Assembly: GCA_051872655.1 (NCBI GenBank)
Contig: JBJEEB010000021.1
Span: forward strand, 2,535 to 66,534
Direction of reading: 5' to 3'
Length of the DNA: 64,000 bases
Source: Bacilli bacterium
GTDB taxonomy: Bacteria > Bacillota_I > Bacilli_A > RF39 > UBA660
Shown: piece by piece, positions 7,878-17,840 of the stretch
How positions within the stretch are numbered: position 1 is the stretch's first letter
How the letters are laid out: each line of letters starts with the position of its first letter
Position numbers and translations under genes: made by a program
Notes under the pieces: generated by a model
The model's database searches: none
Told to the model about the DNA's origin: nothing
The model's input: only the letters and a program-made list of their open reading frames with translations

Positions 7878-10694
7878 TTATAATACTTGTTTTAGAAACT
7901 GTCCTGTATAAGAATTAGGATTATTTGCTACTTCTTCTGGAGTACCGGTAGCTACTACTTCACCGCCACCACTGCCTCCTTCAGGTCCTAAATCAATTAT
8001 ATAGTCCGCTACTTTGATAACATCTAGATTATGTTCAATTATAATTACTGTATCTCCATTATCTACTATTCTTTCTAGTATTACTAGTAGTTTCTTTATA
8101 TCATCTTGATGTAATCCTGTAGTTGGTTCATCTAGAATAAAGATACTTTTACCAGTAGGTTTCTTTTGTAATTCTTTAGCTAGTTTTACTCTAGCAGCTT
8201 CTCCTCCAGATAATGTTGGAGCACTCTGTCCTAATTTTATATAACCTAGTCCTACATCATGTAATACTTTTAATTTATTTAGTACTTTAGGATGATTTTC
8301 AAAGAAATCTATAGCTTCATCTACTCGCATATTTAGTACATCATAGATATTTTTTTCTTTGTATTTTATTTCTAATGTTTCTCTATTATATCTTGTTCCA
8401 TTACATACTTCACATGGTACATAAACATCTGGTAAGAAGTGCATTTCTATCTTCTTTACTCCATCACCCCAACAGGCTTCACATCTTCCACCTTTAACAT
8501 TAAAACTAAATCTACCTTTATCATATCCTCTTATTTTAGCTTCTTTAGTTTCTGAAAAAATATCTCTAATATCATCAAATACTCCTGTATATGTAGCAGG
8601 ATTACTTCTTGGTGTTCTTCCTATTGGGGCTTGAGATATTTGAATTACTTTATCAATATTTTCAAGTCCTAATATGCATTTACATTTACCTGGTTTTTCT
8701 TTTGATGAATATATAGTGGCCGCTAGTGTCTTATATAAAATTTCATTTATTAAACTTGATTTACCACTTCCTGATACTCCTGTTACTAATGTCATTGTTC
8801 CAAGTGGAATCTTTACGTTTATATTTTTTAAATTGTTTTCTTTAGCTCCTTTTATTTCTAAATACTTTTTATTTCCTTTTCTTCTTTTTTCTGGTATTTC
8901 TATCTTTTCTGTTCCTTTTAAATATCTTCCAGTTAAACTATTAGGATTATTCATTACTTCTTCTGGAGTACCTTCTGCAACTACATATCCACCATGTTCT
9001 CCTGCTCCTGGACCTATATCTATTAGGTAGTCCGCTGAAAGCATAGTATCAGTATCGTGTTCTACTACTATTAAGGAATTACCTAAATCACGCATTTCTA
9101 ATAGAGAATTTATTAGTTTTTGATTATCTCTTTGGTGAAGTCCAATACTAGGTTCATCTAGTACATATAGTACTCCAGTTAATCTAGATCCTATTTGAGT
9201 AGCTAATCTTATTCTCTGACTTTCTCCACCAGACAATGTTCCTGCTTCTCTTGCTAATGTTAAGTAAGATAATCCAACATTCATCAAAAAGTTTAATCTT
9301 GATTTTATTTCTTTTACTACTATTTCGGATATTTCAGATTGCTCTTTAGTTAATTTTAGATTAGAAATAAAATTATTTAATTCTTCAATTGACATACATG
9401 TTACTTCATAGATATTTTTTTTATTTATTAAAACATTTAATACTGATGGTTTTAGTCTTGAGCCATGACAAGTAGGACACTCTAATTCAGTCATGTATCC
9501 TTCTATCCATTCCCTTATCCAAGTACTTTTTGTTTCAATATATCTTCTTTCTAAATTGGTTATTATTCCTTCATAGTAACTAGTAGTCTTTCTAGTATTT
9601 CCATTTTTAGCTTGATAATTAAATGTTATTGCATCTTTAGCACCATATAGTATTATATCTAACTCTTCTTTAGTTAAGTCTTTTACTGGTTTTGATAGGT
9701 CAATATTATAGTATTTAGCTACTGTGGTTAATTCAGTATACATTATACTTGATTCTTCATCTAGATTTATTGGTTTAATAGCTCCATCAAGAATTGATAT
9801 TTTCTTATCTGGAATAACTAAATCAACATCTATTTTATATTTTACTCCTAGTCCCTTACAATCTGGACAAGATCCATAAGGTGCATTAAAGGAAAATATT
9901 CTTGGTTCTAATTCTTCAAGTGAATAATCACAATATGGACAAGCATAATCTTCACTCATTAAGATTTCTTCACCATCTACTATATCTATTATTACTTTGC
10001 CTTTACTTAACTTAGTAGCAGTTTCTAAAGATGAATATAGTCTACTTCTTATACCTTCTTTTATTACTAATCTATCTATTACTACTGATACATTGTGTTT
10101 TTTATTTTTATCTAGTTCTAAATCTAATGATAAATCTTTTAGTTCATCATCTATTTTTACTCTAATATATCCTTCTTTTCTTAGACTTTCAAATAAATCT
10201 TTCTGCGTTCCTTTTTCTCCTTTTACTACTGGAGACATAACCATTATTTTAGTATTTTCTTCAAGTGATAATATTTTATTTGTCATTTCTTCAATTGACT
10301 GTGATGTTATTGGTATATGATGATTAGGACAATATGGTACTCCAATACGAGCAAATAATAATCTTAAATAGTCATATATTTCGGTTACTGTACCAACAGT
10401 ACTACGTGGATTTTTATTAGTGGTTTTTTGATCTATTGATATACTTGGAGATAATCCCTCAATGGTATCGACATCTGGTTTACCTGTACTACCTATAAAT
10501 TGTCTTGCATAAGCAGACAAACTTTCTACATATCTTCTTTGTCCTTCAGCGTAAATAGTATCAAAAGCAAGAGATGATTTACCACTACCGGATACTCCTG
10601 TCATTACTACTAATTTATTTTTTGGTATTTCTATATTTATATTTTTAAGGTTATTTTCTCTAGCGCCTTTTATTATTATTTTGTCCATATACAT
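7878..10694 (-). CDS. uvrA: Excinuclease ABC subunit A
   Basis: ORF track, 938 aa. It has two ABC ATPase modules ([14 protein letters not shown] and [13 protein letters not shown]; LSGGESQR and LSGGEAAR) and the zinc-finger cysteines CPYC/CPDC and CPTCHG. Confidence 0.96.
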   Translation of the reverse strand: MYMDKIIIKGARENNLKNINIEIPKNKLVVMTGVSGSGKSSLAFDTIYAEGQRRYVESLSAYARQFIGSTGKPDVDTIEGLSPSISIDQKTTNKNPRSTVGTVTEIYDYLRLLFARIGVPYCPNHHIPITSQSIEEMTNKILSLEENTKIMVMSPVVKGEKGTQKDLFESLRKEGYIRVKIDDELKDLSLDLELDKNKKHNVSVVIDRLVIKEGIRSRLYSSLETATKLSKGKVIIDIVDGEEILMSEDYACPYCDYSLEELEPRIFSFNAPYGSCPDCKGLGVKYKIDVDLVIPDKKISILDGAIKPINLDEESSIMYTELTTVAKYYNIDLSKPVKDLTKEELDIILYGAKDAITFNYQAKNGNTRKTTSYYEGIITNLERRYIETKSTWIREWIEGYMTELECPTCHGSRLKPSVLNVLINKKNIYEVTCMSIEELNNFISNLKLTKEQSEISEIVVKEIKSRLNFLMNVGLSYLTLAREAGTLSGGESQRIRLATQIGSRLTGVLYVLDEPSIGLHQRDNQKLINSLLEMRDLGNSLIVVEHDTDTMLSADYLIDIGPGAGEHGGYVVAEGTPEEVMNNPNSLTGRYLKGTEKIEIPEKRRKGNKKYLEIKGAKENNLKNINVKIPLGTMTLVTGVSGSGKSSLINEILYKTLAATIYSSKEKPGKCKCILGLENIDKVIQISQAPIGRTPRSNPATYTGVFDDIRDIFSETKEAKIRGYDKGRFSFNVKGGRCEACWGDGVKKIEMHFLPDVYVPCEVCNGTRYNRETLEIKYKEKNIYDVLNMRVDEAIDFFENHPKVLNKLKVLHDVGLGYIKLGQSAPTLSGGEAARVKLAKELQKKPTGKSIFILDEPTTGLHQDDIKKLLVILERIVDNGDTVIIIEHNLDVIKVADYIIDLGPEGGSGGGEVVATGTPEEVANNPNSYTGQFLKQVL

Positions 10695-10740
10695 CGCCTC
10701 TTCTTTGGTATTATATCATAATTTTTTTAATTTATAAACA

Positions 10741-10768
10741 AGAAAAAAATGCTAATTAAAGCATTTGA
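10741..10768 (-). terminator. Rho-independent terminator after the 143-aa gene
   Basis: The minus strand reads AAATGC-tttaatta-GCATTT followed by TTTTTCTT. Confidence 0.65.
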
Positions 10769-10774
10769 TAGTTA

Positions 10775-11206
10775 TTATAATTTTAATTGTCCAGGAGATA
10801 CTGTTTCAATACCTGTCCAAGGATTATTATTTGGTTTTCTTTCTAATACTTTAGGTTTTTCTTCTAAATTATCTGTAACTGGAGGTGTTATTGTTGTTTC
10901 TTTTGTTTCTTCTGGTACTACTGGATAATCTCTTCTATCTAGTTCTACTAAATCTTTAGCACTTTCTCTATAAATGCTTGCTTCACTAGGTACTGACATT
11001 GGTGCAACTTTTTCTTCTGGATTATTTATAGATATTGGTTTTGGTGAATCTTTACTATCATTTAAAGGTCTAGCAAATCCAGGTATCTCTGTAGTCTTAA
11101 ATTCAGTAGCTATTTCATCAAGTAATCCATATAAACCTTTTGCATTTATTACTTTAGTTATTAACCAAACTCTTTCTGCATCGCTTAATTCTCTATCATT
11201 AGCCAT
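10775..11206 (-). CDS. Hypothetical protein (structured N-terminus, Pro/Glu-rich tail)
   Basis: ORF track, 143 aa, with RBS GGAGGGAA upstream and its own terminator. No family recognised. Confidence 0.5.
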   Translation of the reverse strand: MANDRELSDAERVWLITKVINAKGLYGLLDEIATEFKTTEIPGFARPLNDSKDSPKPISINNPEEKVAPMSVPSEASIYRESAKDLVELDRRDYPVVPEETKETTITPPVTDNLEEKPKVLERKPNNNPWTGIETVSPGQLKL

Positions 11207-11279
11207 AGTATTCCCTCCTTTGACAAATATAGTATATAGTAATTTTTAGTAAAAGTAAATATTTTTTGTATGTTTGTAA

Positions 11280-11846
11280 TTAATTTGACATTAATTTGAT
11301 AGTTTTATCTTTAATTCTCTTAATTATATTATATACTGTTCTTAAATTATTATCAGTTATTTCGGATATTTCTCTAATAGTATAGTCTTGTTCTTTTAAA
11401 ACAAATATTAGTTCTTCTTTCCATGTTAAGTTATTTATTATTTTTTCTCTTAGAGTAAAATAATCATAATCATTAAATAAATTTATTTCTGGATTATATT
11501 TATTACTGCTTAGTCTTAGTAATATTTCATCATTATCTTCATAAGATACTGACTCATTTAATACTTTATTTTTTATATTATTGTATCTTGATATGTAGTT
11601 AGTTAGATTGTTATCTAATACTTTATTTAAATATGTACTAAAAGTATTATTATCTATATATGTATCTATTGCTTTATAGAAATATATTTCTGCTTCACTT
11701 ACTAACTCTTTTATACTTAGTGATGATCTTTTACTATATTTAGCTGCTTTTTTATATAACAGACTATTATATTTTTTTCTTAATATGTTTATAGCATCTT
11801 CATTATTTTCTTTGGCTAAGTATAAAAGTTCATAATCATTATACAT
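11280..11846 (-). CDS. Divergent sigma-70 family factor in the sigH position
   Basis: ORF track, 188 aa. It has a region-2-like segment (EAEIYFYKAIDTYIDNNTFSTYL) and a C-terminal HTH (YTIREISEITDNNLRTVYNIIKRIK). It lies directly after mrnC-rlmB, the position sigH occupies in Bacillus subtilis. Confidence 0.5.
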   Translation of the reverse strand: MYNDYELLYLAKENNEDAINILRKKYNSLLYKKAAKYSKRSSLSIKELVSEAEIYFYKAIDTYIDNNTFSTYLNKVLDNNLTNYISRYNNIKNKVLNESVSYEDNDEILLRLSSNKYNPEINLFNDYDYFTLREKIINNLTWKEELIFVLKEQDYTIREISEITDNNLRTVYNIIKRIKDKTIKLMSN

Positions 11847-11847
11847 A

Positions 11848-12555
11848 TTAATTCCCCCTAGATCTATTTATTTCTGATAAAAATATTCCACATGCTACTG
11901 AAGCATTTAAACTATTTACTGTTCCTTTCATTGGTATTTTTGCTATATAGTCACAATTTTCTCTTGTTACTTTACTCATACCTTTTCCTTCGTTTCCTAT
12001 TACTAGTCCTATCTTTGTTTTGTAGTCTATTTCCGTATAATTAGTTCCTTCCATATCAGTTCCTACTATCCAGTATCCTAAATCTTTTAGTTTTCTTATG
12101 GTATTGTTTATATTTGGTACATTTATTATTTTTACTTTTTCTATTGTTCCTACTGATGTCTTAACTACTGTACTTGTTATACCTACTGATCTATCGTTAG
12201 GTAATATTATAGCATCTACTCCAAAAGCTTCACTAGAACGAATAATTGCTCCAAGATTATGTGGATCTTCAAGATGATCTAGAATTACCACTAGTGGATA
12301 GTCTTTAGTAATACCCAGTATCACTTCATCAAAAGAGTATACTTTAATATCTTCTACTTCAAGTATTATTCCCTGATGTAATCCTTTACACATTCTATCT
12401 AATTCTTTATTATCTAATATTTTAGTATTTATTTTTCTTTTATCTATTAGTGATAGTATTTCTTCATCTTTAAATTTATTACTTAGATATATTTTATATA
12501 TTTTTTTATTATCTTTTAATGTTTCAATGGCTACATTTTTTCCATATACTTTCAT
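11848..12555 (-). CDS. rlmB: 23S rRNA (guanosine-2'-O)-methyltransferase, SpoU/TrmH family
   Basis: ORF track, 235 aa. Motifs DPHNLGAIIRSSEAFG, GNEGKGMS and SLNASVA, plus synteny with mrnC. Confidence 0.8.
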   Translation of the reverse strand: MKVYGKNVAIETLKDNKKIYKIYLSNKFKDEEILSLIDKRKINTKILDNKELDRMCKGLHQGIILEVEDIKVYSFDEVILGITKDYPLVVILDHLEDPHNLGAIIRSSEAFGVDAIILPNDRSVGITSTVVKTSVGTIEKVKIINVPNINNTIRKLKDLGYWIVGTDMEGTNYTEIDYKTKIGLVIGNEGKGMSKVTRENCDYIAKIPMKGTVNSLNASVACGIFLSEINRSRGN

Positions 12556-12557
12556 TA

Positions 12558-12929
12558 TTATTTCACCTCAATTAAATTTAATATTTCTTCTAATCTATTT
12601 TTATTACTTATATATAAATCTCCAAGTAATGATTCAAATCCAGTAGATAATTTATATGTTATAATATCAGTATTTTTAGGATGACTATTATTTTTATAGT
12701 TTCTTCCTCTTTTTACAATATCTAATTCTTCTTCTGTCAATATATTATTATCTATTAGATATTTCAGTATCTTTGTTTCTCCTTTAGCGGATACATATTC
12801 TACTTGCTTCTTTTGTAATTTTTCTATATTATTGATACCTTGTTTTATCAACTCTTCTCTTATATAAAGTGAATATACAGCATCTCCAAGTAAAGCTAAT
12901 ACTTGAATATTAATTAACTTTGTATTCAT
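12558..12929 (-). CDS. mrnC: Mini-ribonuclease 3
   Basis: ORF track, 123 aa. The N-terminus LALLGDAVYSLYIRE is a Mini-III signature. The position upstream of rlmB matches yazC-yacO synteny. Confidence 0.78.
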   Translation of the reverse strand: MNTKLINIQVLALLGDAVYSLYIREELIKQGINNIEKLQKKQVEYVSAKGETKILKYLIDNNILTEEELDIVKRGRNYKNNSHPKNTDIITYKLSTGFESLLGDLYISNKNRLEEILNLIEVK

Positions 12930-13001
12930 AACGACCTCAATTCTGTTGTTATTATATATTATTTAATCTACAATGTCAATTGGTTAAAAAGAAAAAGAGC
13001 A

Positions 13002-13616
13002 TTAAGCTCCTCCATTATAATTTTGTTGTATTTGTCCAAACATTGATGGTGCTTCTTTTGGTGCACCATTAACTGGTATTGGGTTATTTACTTCTTGAAC
13101 TCTAGGTCCAAAAAATGGAATATTTTGATTATTAGGATTCATGTTTGGTACTGTATTTTGCACTGTATTAAAATTATCTGTAGTCTCCATCATATTTCCT
13201 ATACTAGGCATTTGTGGCTCCCAAAGATTACCACTGAAGTTTACTGCTGTATTATTTTGTACTGGTGCACTCTCTTTTGGTATTTCAAGTGATGGTATTG
13301 TATCATTTATGTTTACATTCATACTTGGTGTTACTGGCATACTTTTTATTGGTATTGTACTTTCTGATAGTGGTATACTAGGTTCTTCTTTTGGTAATTC
13401 AGTAGTAGGAGCACTTCCAGGTATATTAAATACTGGAGTATTTGTATTCTGAACACCATCTTTTAATGGTTCCTGACTACTCATACTTGGTGCTTCAAAA
13501 TTTTTACTTTCTACCTTATTATATTTATCATTTAATATTTTTAGGGTTTCTCTAGTTGGATTATTGACTAACTCTTTAGCTATATCCTCTAGTTCTTCTT
13601 TACTTAGATACTTCAT
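13002..13616 (-). CDS. Hypothetical Pro/Asn-rich, probably disordered protein
   Basis: ORF track, 204 aa, RBS GGAGGGG upstream. Low-complexity sequence after a short helical N-terminus. Confidence 0.45.
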   Translation of the reverse strand: MKYLSKEELEDIAKELVNNPTRETLKILNDKYNKVESKNFEAPSMSSQEPLKDGVQNTNTPVFNIPGSAPTTELPKEEPSIPLSESTIPIKSMPVTPSMNVNINDTIPSLEIPKESAPVQNNTAVNFSGNLWEPQMPSIGNMMETTDNFNTVQNTVPNMNPNNQNIPFFGPRVQEVNNPIPVNGAPKEAPSMFGQIQQNYNGGA

Positions 13617-13688
13617 ATAGGTACCCCTCCTCTATTCTAAATAGATTATAATATAAAAAAGAAAAAAAGTAAATACAATTTTACTTTT

Positions 13689-14663
13689 TTATATTAAATT
13701 ATCTCGATCATAAATATTTATATTATATAGACTATAAATATCTATATTTGAATCATTAGTAAATTTAATAAAACATAAATCTTCAATAACTATATCTTTA
13801 TATTTAGCTAGTTTAAATTCTTTTTTATTACTATCTTTTAATTTAGGATTATTTAGTCCTGTTTTTACAATATTTAGGTTATTAGCTAAGTATATAGTAA
13901 TATTGTTATCATTAAAATAATCAATTCTTACTTTATTATCTATTATTAAGGATCCTTTTCCTTTTAACTGATAACTTCTTGGTTTTATTTCTTTTTTAGG
14001 TGTTATTTTTTTTATTTCTTTTAAATCTAAGTAATTTATTATACTTCCTTCAGATATTAAACCAGGAGTATCTATTATTTTAATACCATTTAAATCTATT
14101 TCTATTTTATTTAATGTTGTTGATGGATAAATACTTGTAGTTATTTCGATATCTTTTTCTGAATAATTTTTTATTAATTTATTTATTAATGTTGATTTAC
14201 CAGAATTAGTATTTCCAACAAAGTATACTTCTTTATTATTACTATATTTCTTTATTTTATTTATTAAATTATCTAAATTATAATTTTTAATTGAACTAAT
14301 TACTTCAATATCTAAATATTTATCTACTTTTTTTGATACATAATCTATTAGTTTATAATCTTTTACTGACTTAGGTAATAAATCTTTTTTTGTTAAGACT
14401 ATTATTACATTATCAAAATCATTTATAATATTTAGATTTAAACTAAGTAGAGAGGTAAGATATACCACTAGTGAATCTTTTGGTATACTACTTAGTATAG
14501 ATTGATATTCTTTATTTGTTAATGATACCTCTTTATATTCTCCATAGTACTTTAATTTAAAGCATCTTTCACAAATATCTTTATCTAAATTATCTACATA
14601 ACCTTCTTTATTATTATTACTATCTTGAAGAATTACTCCGCATCCTAGGCATTTCTTAGTCAT
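13689..14663 (-). CDS. yqeH: Ribosome-biogenesis GTPase YqeH (circularly permuted)
   Basis: ORF track, 324 aa. It has an N-terminal CxxC..CxxC (CLGCG..CERCF), G4 TKKD preceding G1 GNTNSGKST, and G3 DTPG. It overlaps yqeG by 8 nt. Confidence 0.82.
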   Translation of the reverse strand: MTKKCLGCGVILQDSNNNKEGYVDNLDKDICERCFKLKYYGEYKEVSLTNKEYQSILSSIPKDSLVVYLTSLLSLNLNIINDFDNVIIVLTKKDLLPKSVKDYKLIDYVSKKVDKYLDIEVISSIKNYNLDNLINKIKKYSNNKEVYFVGNTNSGKSTLINKLIKNYSEKDIEITTSIYPSTTLNKIEIDLNGIKIIDTPGLISEGSIINYLDLKEIKKITPKKEIKPRSYQLKGKGSLIIDNKVRIDYFNDNNITIYLANNLNIVKTGLNNPKLKDSNKKEFKLAKYKDIVIEDLCFIKFTNDSNIDIYSLYNINIYDRDNLI

Positions 14664-15186
14664 AATATTCTCCTATTTTAAATATTCCTTGTTTAGTCAT
14701 CTTATTTATTTTTTTTCTTTCTATATATCTATGTATTTTGGTAAATGGCATATCTATATTAGACATTGGATTTACTAGTATTGTCATTATTCCAACTTTG
14801 TTACCGCCATATATATCTGTCACTAATTGATCTCCAATGATAGTTACTTCTGATAAATCATATTTGTATAAATTTAATACTTTAATAAAACTTTTTTTTC
14901 TTGGTTTTCCTGCTTTTGCACAGCAATCTACTTTTAATTCTTTTTTAAATGGTTCTAACCTGTTTTTTGGTGAATTTGAAAATATTATTACTTTAAATCC
15001 CATACTGTCTAATTTGTTAAATAAATCTTTTAATTTTTTATTAGGTACTCTATCAGTATAAGGTACACATGTATTATCTAAATCAAATAATAGACATTTT
15101 ATACCATTTTCTTTTAATTTATCATAGTTAATAGTATGTATACTTTTTTGATAAGCATCAGGATAAAAGTAATTCATTTTTTTCAC
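14656..15186 (-). CDS. yqeG: YqeG-family HAD-IIIA phosphatase
   Basis: ORF track, 176 aa. It has the HAD motif I LLFDLDNT and GDQLVTDI near the C-terminus. The yqeG-yqeH order matches B. subtilis. Confidence 0.72.
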   Translation of the reverse strand: MKKMNYFYPDAYQKSIHTINYDKLKENGIKCLLFDLDNTCVPYTDRVPNKKLKDLFNKLDSMGFKVIIFSNSPKNRLEPFKKELKVDCCAKAGKPRKKSFIKVLNLYKYDLSEVTIIGDQLVTDIYGGNKVGIMTILVNPMSNIDMPFTKIHRYIERKKINKMTKQGIFKIGEYYD

Positions 15187-15263
15187 CTCGATATAATTAT
15201 ACTTTATTTTTATTTAAAAATAAAGTTATTTGTCTTATAATTCTTTTTTTTAAATGAATACTT

Positions 15264-15316
15264 AACACTAGAGACCTAGGCTCTAGTGTTCCACTTAAGA
15301 CCTTAGGCTTAAGTGG
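15264..15316. repeat. Tandem-hairpin intergenic repeat, locus 4 (2 hairpins, in a divergent promoter region)
   Basis: aacactagag-ACCTAGG-ctctagtgtt and ccacttaag-ACCTTAGG-cttaagtgg. Confidence 0.8.
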
Positions 15317-15358
15317 TATAAGAAAACAAATAAGCATAAACTTTACTAGGAGGTTTTT

Positions 15359-16069
15359 ATGCTTTATAGTTTATTTAATTTTATTGTTGATAATCTTACT
15401 TTTTTTACTGGAGCATATTCTAATAATGTTTTTCCTGATCCTTTATCAAAAGAAGAAGAAGATATATATATTGATAGGATGTTAAAAGGCGATAAAGAGG
15501 CTAGAGCTAAATTAATTGAACATAATCTTAGATTAGTAGCTCATATTGTTAAGAAATTTGAATCTAACACTAATGATATAGATGATTTAATTGGTATAGG
15601 TACTGTTGGATTAATTAAGGGTATAGATAGTTTTTCTCCTGATAAAAATATTAAACTAGCTACTTATATAGCAAAATGTTCAGAAAATGAAATTCTTATG
15701 CATTTTAGGTCAGATAAGAAGAATTCAAAAAATGTTAGTATTTATGATGGCATAAGTTTTGATAAGGAAGGTAATGAAATTACTATTTTAGATGTTCTTA
15801 AAACTGAGAATCCTGACTATGCTGAAGAGATATATAAGAATGATAACATTAAATTACTTAGAAAATATTTAAATATTTTAACTAAGAGGGAGAGAGATGT
15901 TCTAACTAAAAGATATGGTTTAGATAACAATGATGAAATTACGCAAAAAGAAATTGCTAAAGAATTAGGTATTTCTAGGAGTTATGTATCTAGAATAGAA
16001 AAGAGAGCTATTACTAAAATCTTAAGAGAATTTATTAAAAATGACAAAGGTCCCAAAGAAAATTCTTAA
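15359..16069 (+). CDS. sigK: Sporulation sigma factor K (pro-sigma-K), uninterrupted
   Basis: ORF track, 236 aa. It has a hydrophobic pro-sequence followed by YSNNVFPDPLSKEEE (compare B. subtilis YVKNNAFPQPLS), then EHNLRLVAHIVKKFE and ATYIAKCSENEILMHFR. Confidence 0.82.
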   Translation: MLYSLFNFIVDNLTFFTGAYSNNVFPDPLSKEEEDIYIDRMLKGDKEARAKLIEHNLRLVAHIVKKFESNTNDIDDLIGIGTVGLIKGIDSFSPDKNIKLATYIAKCSENEILMHFRSDKKNSKNVSIYDGISFDKEGNEITILDVLKTENPDYAEEIYKNDNIKLLRKYLNILTKRERDVLTKRYGLDNNDEITQKEIAKELGISRSYVSRIEKRAITKILREFIKNDKGPKENS

Positions 16070-16076
16070 TAATTAC

Positions 16077-16105
16077 TTGACTAAATGATATTTTTATGAT
16101 AAAGT
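16077..16105 (+). promoter_or_regulatory. Sigma-A-type promoter with extended -10 for the small ORF
   Basis: TTGACT (16077-16082), 17 nt, TAAAGT (16100-16105), with TG at 16097-16098. Confidence 0.5.
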
Positions 16106-16134
16106 TAATAACGAACTGATGAGGAGGTAATACT

Positions 16135-16311
16135 ATGGAGAATATATCAAATAAAAAAACTAGATCTGTTAATAATAGACCTAATTGTTTAAAAATAACT
16201 AAAGGTACTCAAAAAGTAAATATGACTACTGTTACTTTAAAAGATGGTAGTAAAGTTAAGACTAGTGTTAGAGAAGCTAGAACTATGAAAAAGAATAATG
16301 AATTAGCATAA
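16135..16311 (+). CDS. Unannotated small basic protein (58 aa)
   Basis: Not in the ORF track because it is under 60 aa. A strong RBS GAGGAGG sits 7 nt before the ATG. Translation is MENISNKKTRSVNNRPNCLKITKGTQKVNMTTVTLKDGSKVKTSVREARTMKKNNELA. It has its own promoter and a terminator at 16315-16340. Confidence 0.6.
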   Translation: MENISNKKTRSVNNRPNCLKITKGTQKVNMTTVTLKDGSKVKTSVREARTMKKNNELA

Positions 16312-16314
16312 TTT

Positions 16315-16340
16315 AAGATAGAATATTCTATCTTTTTTAT
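16315..16340 (+). terminator. Rho-independent terminator of the small ORF
   Basis: AAGATAGAA-ta-TTCTATCTT followed by TTTTAT. Confidence 0.65.
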
Positions 16341-16363
16341 TTGTCCACAAGTTTTGTTGATAA

Positions 16364-16393
16364 AAGAAAAATACGACTATTTTTAGTCATACT
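16364..16393. repeat. 30-bp direct repeat copy 1 (downstream of the 197-aa gene)
   Basis: AAGAAAAATACGACTATTTTTAGTCATACT, identical at 29 of 30 nt to 17032-17061. Confidence 0.85.
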
Positions 16394-16985
16394 ATTTAAT
16401 ATATTCATTAAAGATGTTTTCATCATATCCATTTATATTATAGTAGTAAAAGCTTCCATCTTTATCTTTATATTCAATATTTTTTTCTTCATAATTTTTG
16501 TTATCAAAGAAGTCAACTAATTCTCTATCTGCTTTATCTAAAATTATACGACCATTGATCATTTGAAATTCATATTTATTATCGTTTTTTTCATAAGATA
16601 TTTGTAAAAAATCTCTTTCTGGTCCACCTACTCCTAGTGAATATGTTTTTATTAATTTATTATCCTTCATTTTAGATAATATTATTTTTAAATCATTAGG
16701 ATCTATAGTTATTGTTTTGTTTATGTCTTCTGTATCTCCTAGATCTTTACTTCGAATTCTTGTCATTTTTGCATCTAGAATATGCTGTGTTAATAAATAA
16801 TCTGTCCAACTTATTTCGTTATTTGTTTCGCTATTGTTTTCAATAATATTATTGTCTTCATTTTCTATATTATTTTCATTTTTTAATTTAATTGTACCTG
16901 TTAATACCAATGTTATTATTCCTAGTAGTGTAATTATAATTACTATTAAAACTCCTATTAAAATATTTTTATTTTTTTCTTTCAT
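16392..16985 (-). CDS. Hypothetical membrane-anchored protein
   Basis: ORF track, 197 aa, with an N-terminal TM helix (ILIGVLIVIIITLLGIITLVL) and an Asn/Glu-rich linker. No family recognised. Confidence 0.55.
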   Translation of the reverse strand: MKEKNKNILIGVLIVIIITLLGIITLVLTGTIKLKNENNIENEDNNIIENNSETNNEISWTDYLLTQHILDAKMTRIRSKDLGDTEDINKTITIDPNDLKIILSKMKDNKLIKTYSLGVGGPERDFLQISYEKNDNKYEFQMINGRIILDKADRELVDFFDNKNYEEKNIEYKDKDGSFYYYNINGYDENIFNEYIK

Positions 16986-17031
16986 ATTATCACATCCTAT
17001 GGTAATTATAATACTATTTATTTATTTTTTC

Positions 17032-17061
17032 AAGAAAAATACGACTATTTCTAGTCATACT
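17032..17061. repeat. 30-bp direct repeat copy 2 (upstream of the 197-aa gene, covering the stop of a 38-aa ORF)
   Basis: AAGAAAAATACGACTATTTCTAGTCATACT. Confidence 0.85.
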
Positions 17062-17167
17062 CTTTTTTAGATTCACTTGCTTTTTCTAATATTTTTTTAT
17101 AATATTCTTTACCTAGCATGTATTCTTCCTCTAGTATTTCATCTTCTGTTGATTTATTTTCTTTCAT
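17051..17167 (-). CDS. Possible small acidic protein (38 aa)
   Basis: Minus-strand ATG at 17165-17167, preceded by AAAGGAGT. Translation is MKENKSTEDEILEEEYMLGKEYYKKILEKASESKKEYD. It is below the ORF-track threshold and has no homology evidence. Confidence 0.3.
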   Translation of the reverse strand: MKENKSTEDEILEEEYMLGKEYYKKILEKASESKKEYD

Positions 17168-17212
17168 AATTAAAACTCCTTTCTTTATTTATTATAAAGA
17201 AAGAAGTTAGTT

Positions 17213-17839
17213 TTATACTAATAAGCTATTTATTTTTGATATAGGATCATCACTACATGTTATATAAGATCCTACTACTACTATATCAGCATCTTTTACT
17301 AGATTTATTGTATTACTATTTATACCACCATCTACTTCAATAAGGATATCTTTATCTTTGATTAATTTTTTTATTTCTTTTAATCTAGTAATACTTGTCT
17401 CTATAAATGGTTGACCTCCTAGTCCTGGTTCTACAGTCATCACTAGAATTAAATCTATATCATTTAAGTATGGTAATAACTTATTTATATCAGTATTTGG
17501 TTTTATAGAAATTCCTCTTTTTATACCTAAAGATTTTATCATGGATAATATTTTTTTTATATCTTTATCTATTTCTAAGTGTATAGTTATATTTTCAATA
17601 TTATTTAAATCTTTAATATTATTTATGTATTCTTCAGGATTATCCATCATTAAGTGGACATCTAACTTTTTATTTGAAAATGAAGATAATTCTCTTAATT
17701 CTTGATATGATAATGTATTTTGAGAAACAAATTTTCCGTCCATTACATCCATATGAATATATGAAATATTTGTATTATTTAGTTTATCTATCATTTCTTT
17801 TCTGTCTTTTGAATTTAGTATTGATACTGATAATTTCAT
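17213..17839 (-). CDS. rpe: Ribulose-phosphate 3-epimerase
   Basis: ORF track (238 aa). The likely true start is the internal MKLSVSILNSKD at 17839, abutting the rsgA stop. Motifs are IHMDVMDGKFV, DVHLM, MTVEPGLGGQ and VDGGIN. Confidence 0.85.
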   Translation of the reverse strand: MKLSVSILNSKDRKEMIDKLNNTNISYIHMDVMDGKFVSQNTLSYQELRELSSFSNKKLDVHLMMDNPEEYINNIKDLNNIENITIHLEIDKDIKKILSMIKSLGIKRGISIKPNTDINKLLPYLNDIDLILVMTVEPGLGGQPFIETSITRLKEIKKLIKDKDILIEVDGGINSNTINLVKDADIVVVGSYITCSDDPISKINSLLV

Positions 17840-17840
17840 G

